From Eledone cirrhosa (taxonomy: Eukaryota): DNA of 64,000 nucleotides. Both the position numbers and the translations under genes were made by a program. The stretch spans positions 7,812,001-7,876,000 of the forward strand of contig OZ024744.1 in assembly GCA_964016885.1 (NCBI GenBank), given 5' to 3'. Each line of letters starts with the position of its first letter. The stretch's first letter is position 1. Of the stretch, positions 38,158-53,100 are shown piece by piece. The notes beneath the pieces were generated by a model. That model worked only from the letters and a program-made list of their open reading frames with translations, was not told the DNA's origin and did no database searches.

Positions 38158-41100
38158 TGGTTTAGTCACTGACCCCTGGACAATGAAGTAGGTTCTACCG
38201 GGTTACATGGTACCAGTAACAGACAGATGCCTGAACTGACCATAGTGTAGGTGGGGGAGGTGGTATAGTCACTGACCACATGACCTTGAAGTAGGTTCTA
38301 GTGAGTTACATGGTACCAGTAACAGACAGAAGCCTGAATTGACCAGAGTTTGGTGGGGGAGGTGGTATAATCACTGACCACAGGACATTGAAGAACGTTG
38401 TACTGGGTTACATGGTACCAGTAACAGAGAGAAGACTGAATTGACCAGGGTCTGGTGGGGGAAGTGGTTTAGTCACTGACCACTGGACATTGAAGTAGGT
38501 CGTACTGGGTTACATGGTACCAGTAGTAGACAGAAGCCTGAACTGACCGGAGTCTGGTGGGGGAGGTGGTTTAATCACTGACCACTGGACGTTGAAGATG
38601 GTTTGTACTAGGTTACATGGTACCAGTAACAGACAGAAGCCTAAACTGACCAGAGTTTGGTGGAGGAAGTGGTTTAGTCACTGACCACTGGACATTGAAG
38701 TAGGTTCTAGCGAGTTACATGGTACCAGTAACAGACACAAGACTGAACTGACCATGGTGTAGGTGGGGAGGTGGTATAGTCACTGACCACAGGACATTGA
38801 AGTAGGTTGTACTGGGTTACATGGTACCAGTAACAGACACAAGACTGAACTGACCATGGTGTAGGTGGGGAGGTGGTATAGTCACTGACCACAGGACATT
38901 GAAGTAGGTTCTAGCGAGTTACATGGTACCAGTAACAGACACAAGACTGAACTGACCATGGTGTAGGTGGGGAGGTGGTATAGTCACTGACCACTGGACA
39001 TTGAAGTAGGTTGTACTGGGTTACATGGTACCAGTAACAGACACAAGACTGAACTGACCATGGTGTAGGTGGGGGAAGTGGTTTAGTCACTGACCACTGG
39101 ACATTGAAGTAGGTTGTACTGGGTTACATGGTACCAGTAACAGACACAAGACTGAACTGACAATGGTGTAGGTGGGGGAAGTGGTTTAGTCACTGACCAC
39201 TGGACATTGAAGTAGGTTGTACTGGGTTACATGGTACCAGTAACAGACACAAGACTGAACTGACCATGGTGTAGGTGGGGAGGTGGTATAGTCACTGACC
39301 ACAGGACATTGAAGAAGGTTGTACTGGGTTACATGGTACCAGTAACAGACACAAGACTGAACTGACCATGGTGTAGGTGGGGGAAGTGGTTTAGTCACTG
39401 ACCACTGGACATTGAAGTAGGTTGTACTGGGTTACATGGTACCAGTAACAGACACAAGACTGAACTGACCATGGTGTAGGTGGGGGAAGTGGTTTAGTCA
39501 CTGACCACTGGACATTGAAGTAGGTTCTAGCGAGTTACATGGTACCAGTAACAGACACAAGACTGAACTGACCATGGTGTAGGTGGGGAGGTGGTATAGT
39601 CACTGACCACAGGACATTGAAGTAGGTTGTACTGGGTTACATGGTACCAGTAACAGACACAAGACTGAACTGACCATGGTGTAGGTGGGGAGGTGGTATA
39701 GTCACTGACCACTGGACATTGAAGTAGGTTCTAGCGAGTTACATGGTACCAGTAACAGACACAAGACTGAACTGACCATGGTGTAGGTGGGGAGGTGGTA
39801 TAATCACTGACCACTGGACATTGAAGTAGGTTGTACTGGGTTACATGGTACCAGTAACAGACACAAGACTGAACTGACCATGGTGTAGGTGGGGAGGTGG
39901 TATAGTCACTGACCACAGGACATTGAAGTAGGTTGTACTGGGTTACATGGTACCAGTAACAGACACAAGACTGAACTGACCATGGTGTAGGTGGGGAGGT
40001 GGTATAGTCACTGACCACAGGACATTGAAGTAGGTTCTAGCGAGTTACATGGTACCAGTAACAGACACAAGACTGAACTGACCATGGTGTAGGTGGGGAG
40101 GTGGTATAGTCACTGACCACAGGACATTGAAGTAGGTTCTAGCGAGTTACATGGTACCAGTAACAGACACAAGACTGAACTGACCATGGTGTAGGTGGGG
40201 AGGTGGTATAGTCACTGACCACAGGACATTGAAGTAGGTTGTACTGGGTTACATGGTACCAGTAACAGACACAAGACTGAACTGACCATGGTGTAGGTGG
40301 GGAGGTGGTATAGTCACTGACCACAGGACATTGAAGTAGGTTGTACTGGGTTACATGGTACCAGTAACAGACACAAGACTGAACTGACCATGGTGTAGGT
40401 GGGGGAGGTGGTATAGTCACTGACCACAGGACATTGAAGTAGGTTCTAGCGAGTTACATGGTACCAGTAACAGACACAAGACTGAACTGACCATGGTGTA
40501 GGTGGGGAGGTGGTATAGTCACTGACCACTGGACATTGAAGTAGGTTGTACTGGGTTACATGGTACCAGTAACAGACACAAGACTGAACTGACCATGGTG
40601 TAGGTGGGGGAAGTGGTTTAGTCACTGACCACTGGACATTGAAGTAGGTTGTACTGGGTTACATGGTACCAGTAACAGACACAAGACTGAACTGACCATG
40701 GTGTAGGTGGGGGAAGTGGTTTAGTCACTGACCACTGGACATTGAAGTAGGTTGTACTGGGTTACATGGTACCAGTAACAGACACAAGACTGAACTGACC
40801 ATGGTGTAGGTGGGGAGGTGGTATAGTCACTGACCACAGGACATTGAAGTAGGTTGTACTGGGTTACATGGTACCAGTAACAGACACAAGACTGAACTGA
40901 CCATGGTGTAGGTGGGGAGGTGGTATAGTCACTGACCACTGGACATTGAAGTAGGTTGTACTGGGTTACATGGTACCAGTAACAGACACAAGACTGAACT
41001 GACCATGGTGTAGGTGGGGGAAGTGGTTTAGTCACTGACCACTGGACATTGAAGTAGGTTGTACTGGGTTACATGGTACCAGTAACAGACACAAGACTGA

Positions 41101-44100
41101 ACTGACCATGGTGTAGGTGGGGAGGTGGTATAGTCACTGACCACAGGACATTGAAGTAGGTCGTACTGGGTTACATGGTACCAGTAACAGACACAAGACT
41201 GAACTGACCATGGTGTAGGTGGGGAGGTGGTATAGTCACTGACCACAGGACATTGAAGTAGGTCGTACTGGGTTACATGGTACCAGTAGTAGACAGAAGC
41301 CTGAACTGACCGCAGTCTGGTGGGGAGGTGGTATAGTCACTGACCACAGGACATTGAAGTAGGTCGTACTGGGTTACATGGTACCAGTAACAGACACAAG
41401 ATTGAACTGACCATGGTGTAGGTGGGGGAAGTGGTATAGTCACTGACCACTGGACATTGAAGTAGGTTCTAGTGGGTTACATGGTACCAGTAACAGACAC
41501 AAGACTGAACTGACCATGGTGTAGGTGGGGAGGTGGTTTAGTCACTGACCACAGGACATTGAAGTAGGTTCTAGCGAGTTACATGGTACCAGTAACAGAC
41601 ACAAGACTGAACTGACCATGGTGTAGGTGGGGAGGTGGTATAGTCACTGACCACTGGACATTGAAGTAGGTTGTACTGGGTTACATGGTACCAGTAACAG
41701 ACACAAGACTGAACTGACCATGGTGTAGGTGGGGGAGGTGGTATAGTCACTGACCACAGGACATTGAAGTAGGTCGTACTGGGTTACATGGTACCAGTAA
41801 CAGACACAAGACTGAACTGACCATGGTGTAGGTGGGGGAGGTGGTATAGTCACTGACCACAGGACATTGAAGAAGGTTGTACTGGGTTACATGGTACCAG
41901 TAACAGACACAAGACTGAACTGACCATGGTGTAGGTGGGGAGGTGGTATAGTCACTGACCACAGGACATTGAAGTAGGTCGTACTGGGTTACATGGTACC
42001 AGTAACAGACACAAGACTGAAGTGACCATGGTGTAGGTGGGGAGGTGGTATAGTCACTGACCACTGGACATTGAAGTAGGTTGTACTAGGTTACATGGTA
42101 CCAGTAACAGACACAAGACTGAACTGACCATGGTGTAGGTGGGGAGGTGGTATAGTCACTGACCACAGGACATTGAAGTAGGTTGTAGCGAGTTACATGG
42201 TACCAGTAACAGACACAAGACTGAACTGACCATGGTGTAGGTGGGGAGGTGGTATAGTCACTGACCACAGGACATTGAAGTAGGTTCTAGCGAGTTACAT
42301 GGTACCAGTAACAGACACAAGACTGAACTGACCATGGTGTAGGTGGGGAGGTGGTATAGTCACTGACCACAGGACATTGAAGTAGGTTGTACTGGGTTAC
42401 ATGGTACCAGTAACAGACACAAGACTGAACTGACCATGGTGTAGGTGGGGAGGTGGTATAGTCACTGACCACTGGACATTGAAGTAGGTTGTACTGGGTT
42501 ACATGGTACCAGTAACAGACACAAGACTGAACTGACCATGGTGTAGGTGGGGAGGTGGTATAGTCACTGACCACAGGACATTGAAGTAGGTTGTACTGGG
42601 TTACATGGTACCAGTAACAGACACGAGACTGAACTGACCATGGTGTAGGTGGGGAGGTGGTATAGTCACTGACCACAGGACATTGAAGAAGGTTGTACTG
42701 GGTTACATGGTACCAGTAACAGACACAAGACTGAACTGACCATGGTGTAGGTGGGGAGGTGGTATAGTCACTGACCACAGGACATTGAAGAAGGTTGTAC
42801 TGGGTTACATGGTACCAGTAACAGACACAAGACTGAACTGACCATGGTGTAGGTGGGGAGGTGGTATAGTCACTGACCACTGGACATTGAAGTAGGTTGT
42901 ACTGGGTTACATGGTACCAGTAACAGACACGAGACTGAACTGACCATGGTGTAGGTGGGGAGGTGGTATAGTCACTGACCACAGGACAGTGAAGAAGGTT
43001 GTACTGGTTTACATGGTACCAGTAACAGACACAAGACTGAACTGACCATGGTGTAGGTGGGGAGGTGGTATAGTCACTGACCACTGGACATTGAAGAAGG
43101 TTGTACTGGGTTACATGGTACCAGTAACAGACACAAGACTGAACTGACCATGGTGTAGGTGGGGAGGTGGTATAGTCACTGACCACAGGACATTGAAGTA
43201 GGTTGTACTGGGTTACATGGTACCAGTAACAGACACAAGACTGAACTGACCATGGTGTAGGTGGGGAGGTGGTATAGTCACTGACCACAGGACATTGAAG
43301 TAGGTTGTACTGGGTTACATGGTACCAGTAACAGACACAAGACTGAACTGACCATGGTGTAGGTGGGGAGGTGGTATAGTCACTGACCACTGGACATTGA
43401 AGAAGGTTGTACTGGGTTACATGGTACCAGTAACAGACACGAGACTGAACTGACCATGGTGTAGGTGGGGAGGTGGTATAGTCACTGACCACAGGACATT
43501 GAAGTAGGTTGTACTGGGTTACATGGTACCAGTAACAGACACAAGACTGAACTGACCATGGTGTAGGTGGGGAGGTGGTATAGTCACTGACCACAGGACA
43601 TTGAAGTAGGTTCTAGCGAGTTACATGGTACCAGTAACAGACACAAGACTGAACTGACCATGGTGTAGGTGGGGAGGTGGTATAGTCACTGACCACAGGA
43701 CATTGAAGAAGGTTGTACTGGGTTACATGGTACCAGTAACAGACACAAGACTGAACTGACCATGGTGTAGGTGGGGAGGTGGTATAGTCACTGACCACTG
43801 GACATTGAAGTAGGTTGTACTGGGTTACATGGTACCAGTAACAGACACAAGACTGAACTGACCATGGTGTAGGTGGGGAGGTGGTATAGTCACTGACCAC
43901 AGGACATTGAAGTAGGTTGTACTGGGTTGCATGGTACCAGTAACAGACACAAGACTGAACTGACCATGGTGTAGGTGGGGAGGTGGTATAGTCACTGACC
44001 ACAGGACATTGAAGTAGGTTGTACTGGGTTACATGGTACCAGTAACAGACACAAGACTGAACTGACCATGGTGTAGGTGGGGGAGGTGGTATAGTCACTG

Positions 44101-47100
44101 ACCACAGGACATTGAAGTAGGTTCTAGCGAGTTACATGGTACCAGTAACAGACACAAGACTGAACTGACCATGGTGTAGGTGGGGGAGGTGGTATAGTCA
44201 CTGACCACAGGACATTGAAGAAGGTGGTACTGGGTTACATGGTACCAGTAACAGACACAAGACTGAACTGACCATGGTGTAGGTGGGGGAAGTGGTTTAG
44301 TCACTGACCACTGGACATTGAAGTAGGTTGTACTGGGTTGCATGGTACCAGTAACAGACACAAGACTGAACTGACCATGGTGTAGGTGGGGAGGTGGTTT
44401 AGTCACTGACCACAGGACATTGAAGTAGGTTGTACTGGGTTACATGGTACCAGTAACAGACACAAGACTGAACTGACCATGGTGTAGGTGGGGAGGTGGT
44501 ATAGTCACTGACCACTGGACATTGAAGTAGGTTGTACTGGGTTACATGGTACCAGTAACAGACACAAGACTGAACTGACCATGGTGTAGGTGGGGAGGTG
44601 GTATAGTCACTGACCACTGGACATTGAAGTAGGTTGTACTGGGTTACATGGTACCAGTAACAGACACAAGACTGAACTGACCATGGTGTAGGTGGGGAGG
44701 TGGTATAGTCACTGACCACAGGACATTGAAGTAGGTCGTACTGGGTTACATGGTACCAGTAACAGACACAAGACTGAACTGACCATGGTGTAGGTGGGGA
44801 GGTGGTATAGTCACTGACCACAGGACATTGAAGTAGGTTGTACTGGGTTACATGGTACCAGTAACAGACACAAGACTGAACTGACCATGGTGTAGGTGGG
44901 GAGGTGGTATAGTCACTGACCACAGGACATTGAAGTAGGTCGTACTGGGTTACATGGTACCAGTAACAGACACAAGACTGAACTGACCATGGTGTAGGTG
45001 GGGAGGTGGTATAGTCACTGACCACAGGACATTGAAGTAGGTTCTAGCGAGTTACATGGTACCAGTAACAGACACAAGACTGAACTGACCATGGTGTAGG
45101 TGGGGGAGGTGGTATAGTCACTGACCACAGGACATTGAAGAAGGTTGTACTGGGTTACATGGTACCAGTAACAGACACAAGACTGAACTGACCATGGTGT
45201 AGGTGGGGAGGTGGTATAGTCACTGACCACTGGACATTGAAGTAGGTTGTACTGGGTTACATGGTACCAGTAACAGACACAAGACTGAACTGACCATGGT
45301 GTAGGTGGGGAGGTGGTATAGTCACTGACCACAGGACATTGAAGTAGGTTCTAGCGAGTTACATGGTACCAGTAACAGACACAAGACTGAACTGACCATG
45401 GTGTAGGTGGGGGAGGTGGTATAGTCACTGACCACAGGACATTGAAGAAGGTTGTACTGGGTTACATGGTACCAGTAACAGACACAAGACTGAACTGACC
45501 ATGGTGTAGGTGGGGGAAGTGGTTTAGTCACTGACCACTGGACATTGAAGTAGGTTGTACTGGGTTACATGGTACCAGTAACAGACACAAGACTGAACTG
45601 ACCATGGTGTAGGTGGGGAGGTGGTATAGTCACTGACCACTGGACATTGAAGTAGGTTCTAGCGAGTTACATGGTACCAGTAACAGACACAAGACTGAAC
45701 TGACCATGGTGTAGGTGGGGAGGTGGTATAGTCACTGACCACAGGACATTGAAGAAGGTTGTACTGGGTTACATGGTACCAGTAACAGACACAAGACTGA
45801 ACTGACCATGGTGTAGGTGGGGAGGTGGTATAGTCACTGACCACAGGACATTGAAGTAGGTTGTACTGGGTTACATGGTACCAGTAACAGACACAAGACT
45901 GAACTGACCATGGTGTAGGTGGGGAGGTGGTATAATCACTGACCACAGGACATTGAAGAAGGTTGTACTGGGTTACATGGTACCAGTAACAGACACAAGA
46001 CTGAACTGACCATGGTGTAGGTGGGGAGGTGGTATAGTCACTGACCACAGGACATTGAAGTAGGTTCTAGCGAGTTACATGGTACCAGTAACAGACACAA
46101 GACTGAACTGACCATGGTGTAGGTGGGGGAGGTGGTATAGTCACTGACCACAGGACATTGAAGAAGGTGGTACTGGGTTACATGGTACCAGTAACAGACA
46201 CAAGAATGAACTGACCATGTAGTAGGTGGGGGAAGTGGTTTAGTCACTGACCACTGGACATTGAAGTAGGTTGTACTGGGTTGCATGGTACCAGTAACAG
46301 ACACAAGACTGAACTGACCATGGTGTAGGTGGGGAGGTGGTTTAGTCACTGACCACAGGACATTGAAGTAGGTTGTACTGGGTTACATGGTACCAGTAAC
46401 AGACACAAGACTGAACTGACCATGGTGTAGGTGGGGAGGTGGTTTAGTCACTGACCACAGGACATTGAAGTAGGTTGTACTGGGTTACATGGTACCAGTA
46501 ACAGACACAAGACTGAACTGACCACGGTGTAGGTGGGGAGGTGGTTTAGTCACTGACCACAGGACATTGAAGTAGGTTGTACTGGGTTACATGGTACCAG
46601 TAACAGACACAAGACTGAACTGACCATGGTGTAGGTGGGGAGGTGGTATAGTCACTGACCACAGGACATTGAAGAAGGTTGTACTGGGTTACATGGTACC
46701 AGTAACAGACACAAGACTGAACTGACCATGGTGTAGGTGGGGAGGTGGTATAGTCACTGACCACTGGACATTGAAGTAGGTTGTACTGGGTTACATGGTA
46801 CCAGTAACAGACACAAGACTGAACTGACCATGGTGTAGGTGTGGAGGTGGTATAGTCACTGACCACAGGACATTGAAGTAGGTTCTAGCGAGTTACATGG
46901 TACCAGTAACAGACACAAGACTGAACTGACCATGGTGTAGGTGGGGGAGGTGGTATAGTCACTGACCACAGGACATTGAAGAAGGTTGTACTGGGTTACA
47001 TGGTACCAGTAACAGACACAAGACTGAACTGACCATGGTGTAGGTGGGGGAAGTGGTTTAGTCACTGACCACTGGACATTGAAGTAGGTTGTACTGGGTT

Positions 47101-50100
47101 ACATGGTACCAGTAACAGACACAAGACTGAACTGACCATGGTGTAGGTGGGGAGGTGGTTTAGTCACTGACCACAGGACATTGAAGTAGGTTGTACTGGG
47201 TTACATGGTACCAGTAACAGACACAAGACTGAACTGACCATGGTGTAGGTGGGGAGGTGGTATAGTCACTGACCACAGGACATTGAAGAAGGTTGTACTG
47301 GGTTACATGGTACCAGTAACAGACACAAGACTGAACTGACCATGGTGTAGGTGGGGAGGTGGTATAGTCACTGACCACAGGACATTGAAGTAGGTTGTAC
47401 TGGGTTACATGGTACCAGTAACAGACACAAGACTGAACTGACCATGGTGTAGGTGGGGAGGTGGTATAGTCACTGACCACAGGACATTGAAGTAGGTTGT
47501 ACTGGGTTACATGGTACCAGTAACAGACACAAGACTGAACTGACCATGGTGTAGGTGGGGAGGTGGTATAGTCACTGACCACTGGACATTGAAGAAGGTT
47601 GTACTGGGTTACATGGTACCAGTAACAGACACGAGACTGAACTGACCATGGTGTAGGTGGGGAGGTGGTATAGTCACTGACCACAGGACATTGAAGTAGG
47701 TTGTACTGGGTTACATGGTACCAGTAACAGACACAAGACTGAACTGACCATGGTGTAGGTGGGGAGGTGGTATAGTCACTGACCACAGGACATTGAAGTA
47801 GGTTCTAGCGAGTTACATGGTACCAGTAACAGACACAAGACTGAACTGACCATGGTGTAGGTGGGGAGGTGGTATAGTCACTGACCACAGGACATTGAAG
47901 AAGGTTGTACTGGGTTACATGGTACCAGTAACAGACACAAGACTGAACTGACCATGGTGTAGGTGGGGAGGTGGTATAGTCACTGACCACTGGACATTGA
48001 AGTAGGTTGTACTGGGTTACATGGTACCAGTAACAGACACAAGACTGAACTGACCATGGTGTAGGTGGGGAGGTGGTATAGTCACTGACCACAGGACATT
48101 GAAGTAGGTTGTACTGGGTTGCATGGTACCAGTAACAGACACAAGACTGAACTGACCATGGTGTAGGTGGGGAGGTGGTATAGTCACTGACCACAGGACA
48201 TTGAAGTAGGTTGTACTGGGTTACATGGTACCAGTAACAGACACAAGACTGAACTGACCATGGTGTAGGTGGGGGAGGTGGTATAGTCACTGACCACAGG
48301 ACATTGAAGTAGGTTCTAGCGAGTTACATGGTACCAGTAACAGACACAAGACTGAACTGACCATGGTGTAGGTGGGGGAGGTGGTATAGTCACTGACCAC
48401 AGGACATTGAAGAAGGTGGTACTGGGTTACATGGTACCAGTAACAGACACAAGACTGAACTGACCATGGTGTAGGTGGGGGAAGTGGTTTAGTCACTGAC
48501 CACTGGACATTGAAGTAGGTTGTACTGGGTTGCATGGTACCAGTAACAGACACAAGACTGAACTGACCATGGTGTAGGTGGGGAGGTGGTTTAGTCACTG
48601 ACCACAGGACATTGAAGTAGGTTGTACTGGGTTACATGGTACCAGTAACAGACACAAGACTGAACTGACCATGGTGTAGGTGGGGAGGTGGTATAGTCAC
48701 TGACCACTGGACATTGAAGTAGGTTGTACTGGGTTACATGGTACCAGTAACAGACACAAGACTGAACTGACCATGGTGTAGGTGGGGAGGTGGTATAGTC
48801 ACTGACCACTGGACATTGAAGTAGGTTGTACTGGGTTACATGGTACCAGTAACAGACACAAGACTGAACTGACCATGGTGTAGGTGGGGAGGTGGTATAG
48901 TCACTGACCACAGGACATTGAAGTAGGTCGTACTGGGTTACATGGTACCAGTAACAGACACAAGACTGAACTGACCATAGTGTAGGTGGGGAGGTGGTAT
49001 AGTCACTGACCACAGGACATTGAAGTAGGTTGTACTGGGTTACATGGTACCAGTAACAGACACAAGACTGAACTGACCATGGTGTAGGTGGGGAGGTGGT
49101 ATAGTCACTGACCACAGGACATTGAAGTAGGTCGTACTGGGTTACATGGTACCAGTAACAGACACAAGACTGAACTGACCATGGTGTAGGTGGGGAGGTG
49201 GTATAGTCACTGACCACAGGACATTGAAGTAGGTTCTAGCGAGTTACATGGTACCAGTAACAGACACAAGACTGAACTGACCATGGTGTAGGTGGGGGAG
49301 GTGGTATAGTCACTGACCACAGGACATTGAAGAAGGTTGTACTGGGTTACATGGTACCAGTAACAGACACAAGACTGAACTGACCATGGTGTAGGTGGGG
49401 AGGTGGTATAGTCACTGACCACTGGACATTGAAGTAGGTTGTACTGGGTTACATGGTACCAGTAACAGACACAAGACTGAACTGACCATGGTGTAGGTGG
49501 GGAGGTGGTATAGTCACTGACCACAGGACATTGAAGTAGGTTCTAGCGAGTTACATGGTACCAGTAACAGACACAAGACTGAACTGACCATGGTGTAGGT
49601 GGGGGAGGTGGTATAGTCACTGACCACAGGACATTGAAGAAGGTTGTACTGGGTTACATGGTACCAGTAACAGACACAAGACTGAACTGACCATGGTGTA
49701 GGTGGGGGAAGTGGTTTAGTCACTGACCACTGGACATTGAAGTAGGTTGTACTGGGTTACATGGTACCAGTAACAGACACAAGACTGAACTGACCATGGT
49801 GTAGGTGGGGAGGTGGTATAGTCACTGACCACTGGACATTGAAGTAGGTTCTAGCGAGTTACATGGTACCAGTAACAGACACAAGACTGAACTGACCATG
49901 GTGTAGGTGGGGAGGTGGTATAGTCACTGACCACAGGACATTGAAGAAGGTTGTACTGGGTTACATGGTACCAGTAACAGACACAAGACTGAACTGACCA
50001 TGGTGTAGGTGGGGAGGTGGTATAGTCACTGACCACAGGACATTGAAGTAGGTTGTACTGGGTTACATGGTACCAGTAACAGACACAAGACTGAACTGAC

Positions 50101-53100
50101 CATGGTGTAGGTGGGGAGGTGGTATAATCACTGACCACAGGACATTGAAGAAGGTTGTACTGGGTTACATGGTACCAGTAACAGACACAAGACTGAACTG
50201 ACCATGGTGTAGGTGGGGAGGTGGTATAGTCACTGACCACAGGACATTGAAGTAGGTTCTAGCGAGTTACATGGTACCAGTAACAGACACAAGACTGAAC
50301 TGACCATGGTGTAGGTGGGGGAGGTGGTATAGTCACTGACCACAGGACATTGAAGAAGGTGGTACTGGGTTACATGGTACCAGTAACAGACACAAGAATG
50401 AACTGACCATGTAGTAGGTGGGGGAAGTGGTTTAGTCACTGACCACTGGACATTGAAGTAGGTTGTACTGGGTTGCATGGTACCAGTAACAGACACAAGA
50501 CTGAACTGACCATGGTGTAGGTGGGGAGGTGGTTTAGTCACTGACCACAGGACATTGAAGTAGGTTGTACTGGGTTACATGGTACCAGTAACAGACACAA
50601 GACTGAACTGACCATGGTGTAGGTGGGGAGGTGGTTTAGTCACTGACCACAGGACATTGAAGTAGGTTGTACTGGGTTACATGGTACCAGTAACAGACAC
50701 AAGACTGAACTGACCACGGTGTAGGTGGGGAGGTGGTTTAGTCACTGACCACAGGACATTGAAGTAGGTTGTACTGGGTTACATGGTACCAGTAACAGAC
50801 ACAAGACTGAACTGACCATGGTGTAGGTGGGGAGGTGGTATAGTCACTCACCACAGGACATTGAAGAAGGTTGTACTGGGTTACATGGTACCAGTAACAG
50901 ACACAAGACTGAACTGACCATGGTGTAGGTGGGGAGGTGGTATAGTCACTGACCACTGGACATTGAAGTAGGTTGTACTGGGTTACATGGTACCAGTAAC
51001 AGACACAAGACTGAACTGACCATGGTGTAGGTGTGGAGGTGGTATAGTCACTGACCACAGGACATTGAAGTAGGTTCTAGCGAGTTACATGGTACCAGTA
51101 ACAGACACAAGACTGAACTGACCATGGTGTAGGTGGGGGAGGTGGTATAGTCACTGACCACAGGACATTGAAGAAGGTTGTACTGGGTTACATGGTACCA
51201 GTAACAGACACAAGACTGAACTGACCATGGTGTAGGTGGGGGAAGTGGTTTAGTCACTGACCACTGGACATTGAAGTAGGTTGTACTGGGTTACATGGTA
51301 CCAGTAACAGACACAAGACTGAACTGACCATGGTGTAGGTGGGGAGGTGGTTTAGTCACTGACCACAGGACATTGAAGTAGGTTGTACTGGGTTACATGG
51401 TACCAGTAACAGACACAAGACTGAACTGACCATGGTGTAGGTGGGGAGGTGGTATAGTCACTGACCACAGGACATTGAAGAAGGTTGTACTGGGTTACAT
51501 GGTACCAGTAACAGACACAAGACTGAACTGACCATGGTGTAGGTGGGGAGGTGGTATAGTCACTGACCACTGGACATTGAAGTAGGTTGTACTGGGTTAC
51601 ATGGTACCAGTAACAGACACAAGACTGAACTGACCATGGTGTAGGTGGGGAGGTGGTATAGTCACTGACCACAGGACATTGAAGTAGGTCGTACTGGGTT
51701 ACATGGTACCAGTAGTAGACAGAAGCCTGAACTGACCGGAGTCTGGTGGGGAGGTGGTATAGTCACTGACCACAGGACATTGAAGTAGGTTCTAGTGGGT
51801 TACATGGTACCAGTAACAGACACAAGACTGAACTGACCATGGTGTAGGTGGGGAGGTGGTTTAGTCACTGACCACAGGACATTGAAGTAGGTTCTAGCGA
51901 GTTACATGGTACCAGTAACAGACACAAGACTGAACTGACCATGGTGTAGGTGGGGAGGTGGTATAGTCACTGACCACTGGACATTGAAGAAGGTTGTACT
52001 GGGTTACATGGTACCAGTAGTAGACAGAAGCCTGATCTGACCGGAGTCTGGTGGGGAGGTGGTATAGTCACTGACCACAGGACATTGAAGTAGGTTCTAG
52101 TGGGTTACATGGTACCAGTAACAGACACAAGACTGAACTGACCATGGTGTAGGTGGGGGAGGTGGTTTAATCACTGACCACTGGACGTTGAAGAAGGTTG
52201 TACTGGGTTACATGGTACCAGTAACAGACACAAGACTGAACTGACCATGGTGTAGGTGGGGAGGTGGTATAGTCACTGACCACTGGACATTGAAGTAGGT
52301 TGTACTGGGTTACATGGTACCAGTAACAGACACAAGACTGAACTGACCATGGTGTAGGTGGGGAGGTGGTATAGTCACTGACCACAGGACATTGAAGTAG
52401 GTCGTACTAGGTTACATGGTACCAGTAACAGACACAAGACTGAACTGACCATGGTGTAGGTGGGGAGGTGGTATAGTCACTGACCACAGGACATTGAAGA
52501 AGGTTGTACTGGGTTACATGGTACCAGTAACAGACACAAGACTGAACTGACCATGGTGTAGGTGGGGAGGTGGTATAGTCACTGACCACAGGACATTGAA
52601 GTAGGTTGTACTGGGTTACATGGTACCAGTAACAGACACAAGACTGAACTGACCATGGTGTAGGTGGGGAGGTGGTATAGTCACTGACCACAGGACATTG
52701 AAGTAGGTTGTACTGGGTTACATGGTACCAGTAACAGACACAAGACTGAACTGACCATGGTGTAGGTGGGGAGGTGGTATAGTCACTGACCACTGGACAT
52801 TGAAGAAGGTTGTACTGGGTTACATGGTACCAGTAACAGACACAAGACTGAACTGACCATGGTGTAGGTGGGGAGGTGGTATAGTCACTGACCACAGGAC
52901 ATTGAAGTAGGTTGTACTGGGTTACATGGTACCAGTAACAGACACAAGACTGAACTGACCATGGTGTAGGTGGGGAGGTGGTATAGTCACTGACCACTGG
53001 ACATTGAAGAAGGTTGTACTGGGTTACATGGTACCAGTAACAGACACAAGACTGAACTGACCATGGTGTAGGTGGGGAGGTGGTATAGTCACTGACCACA

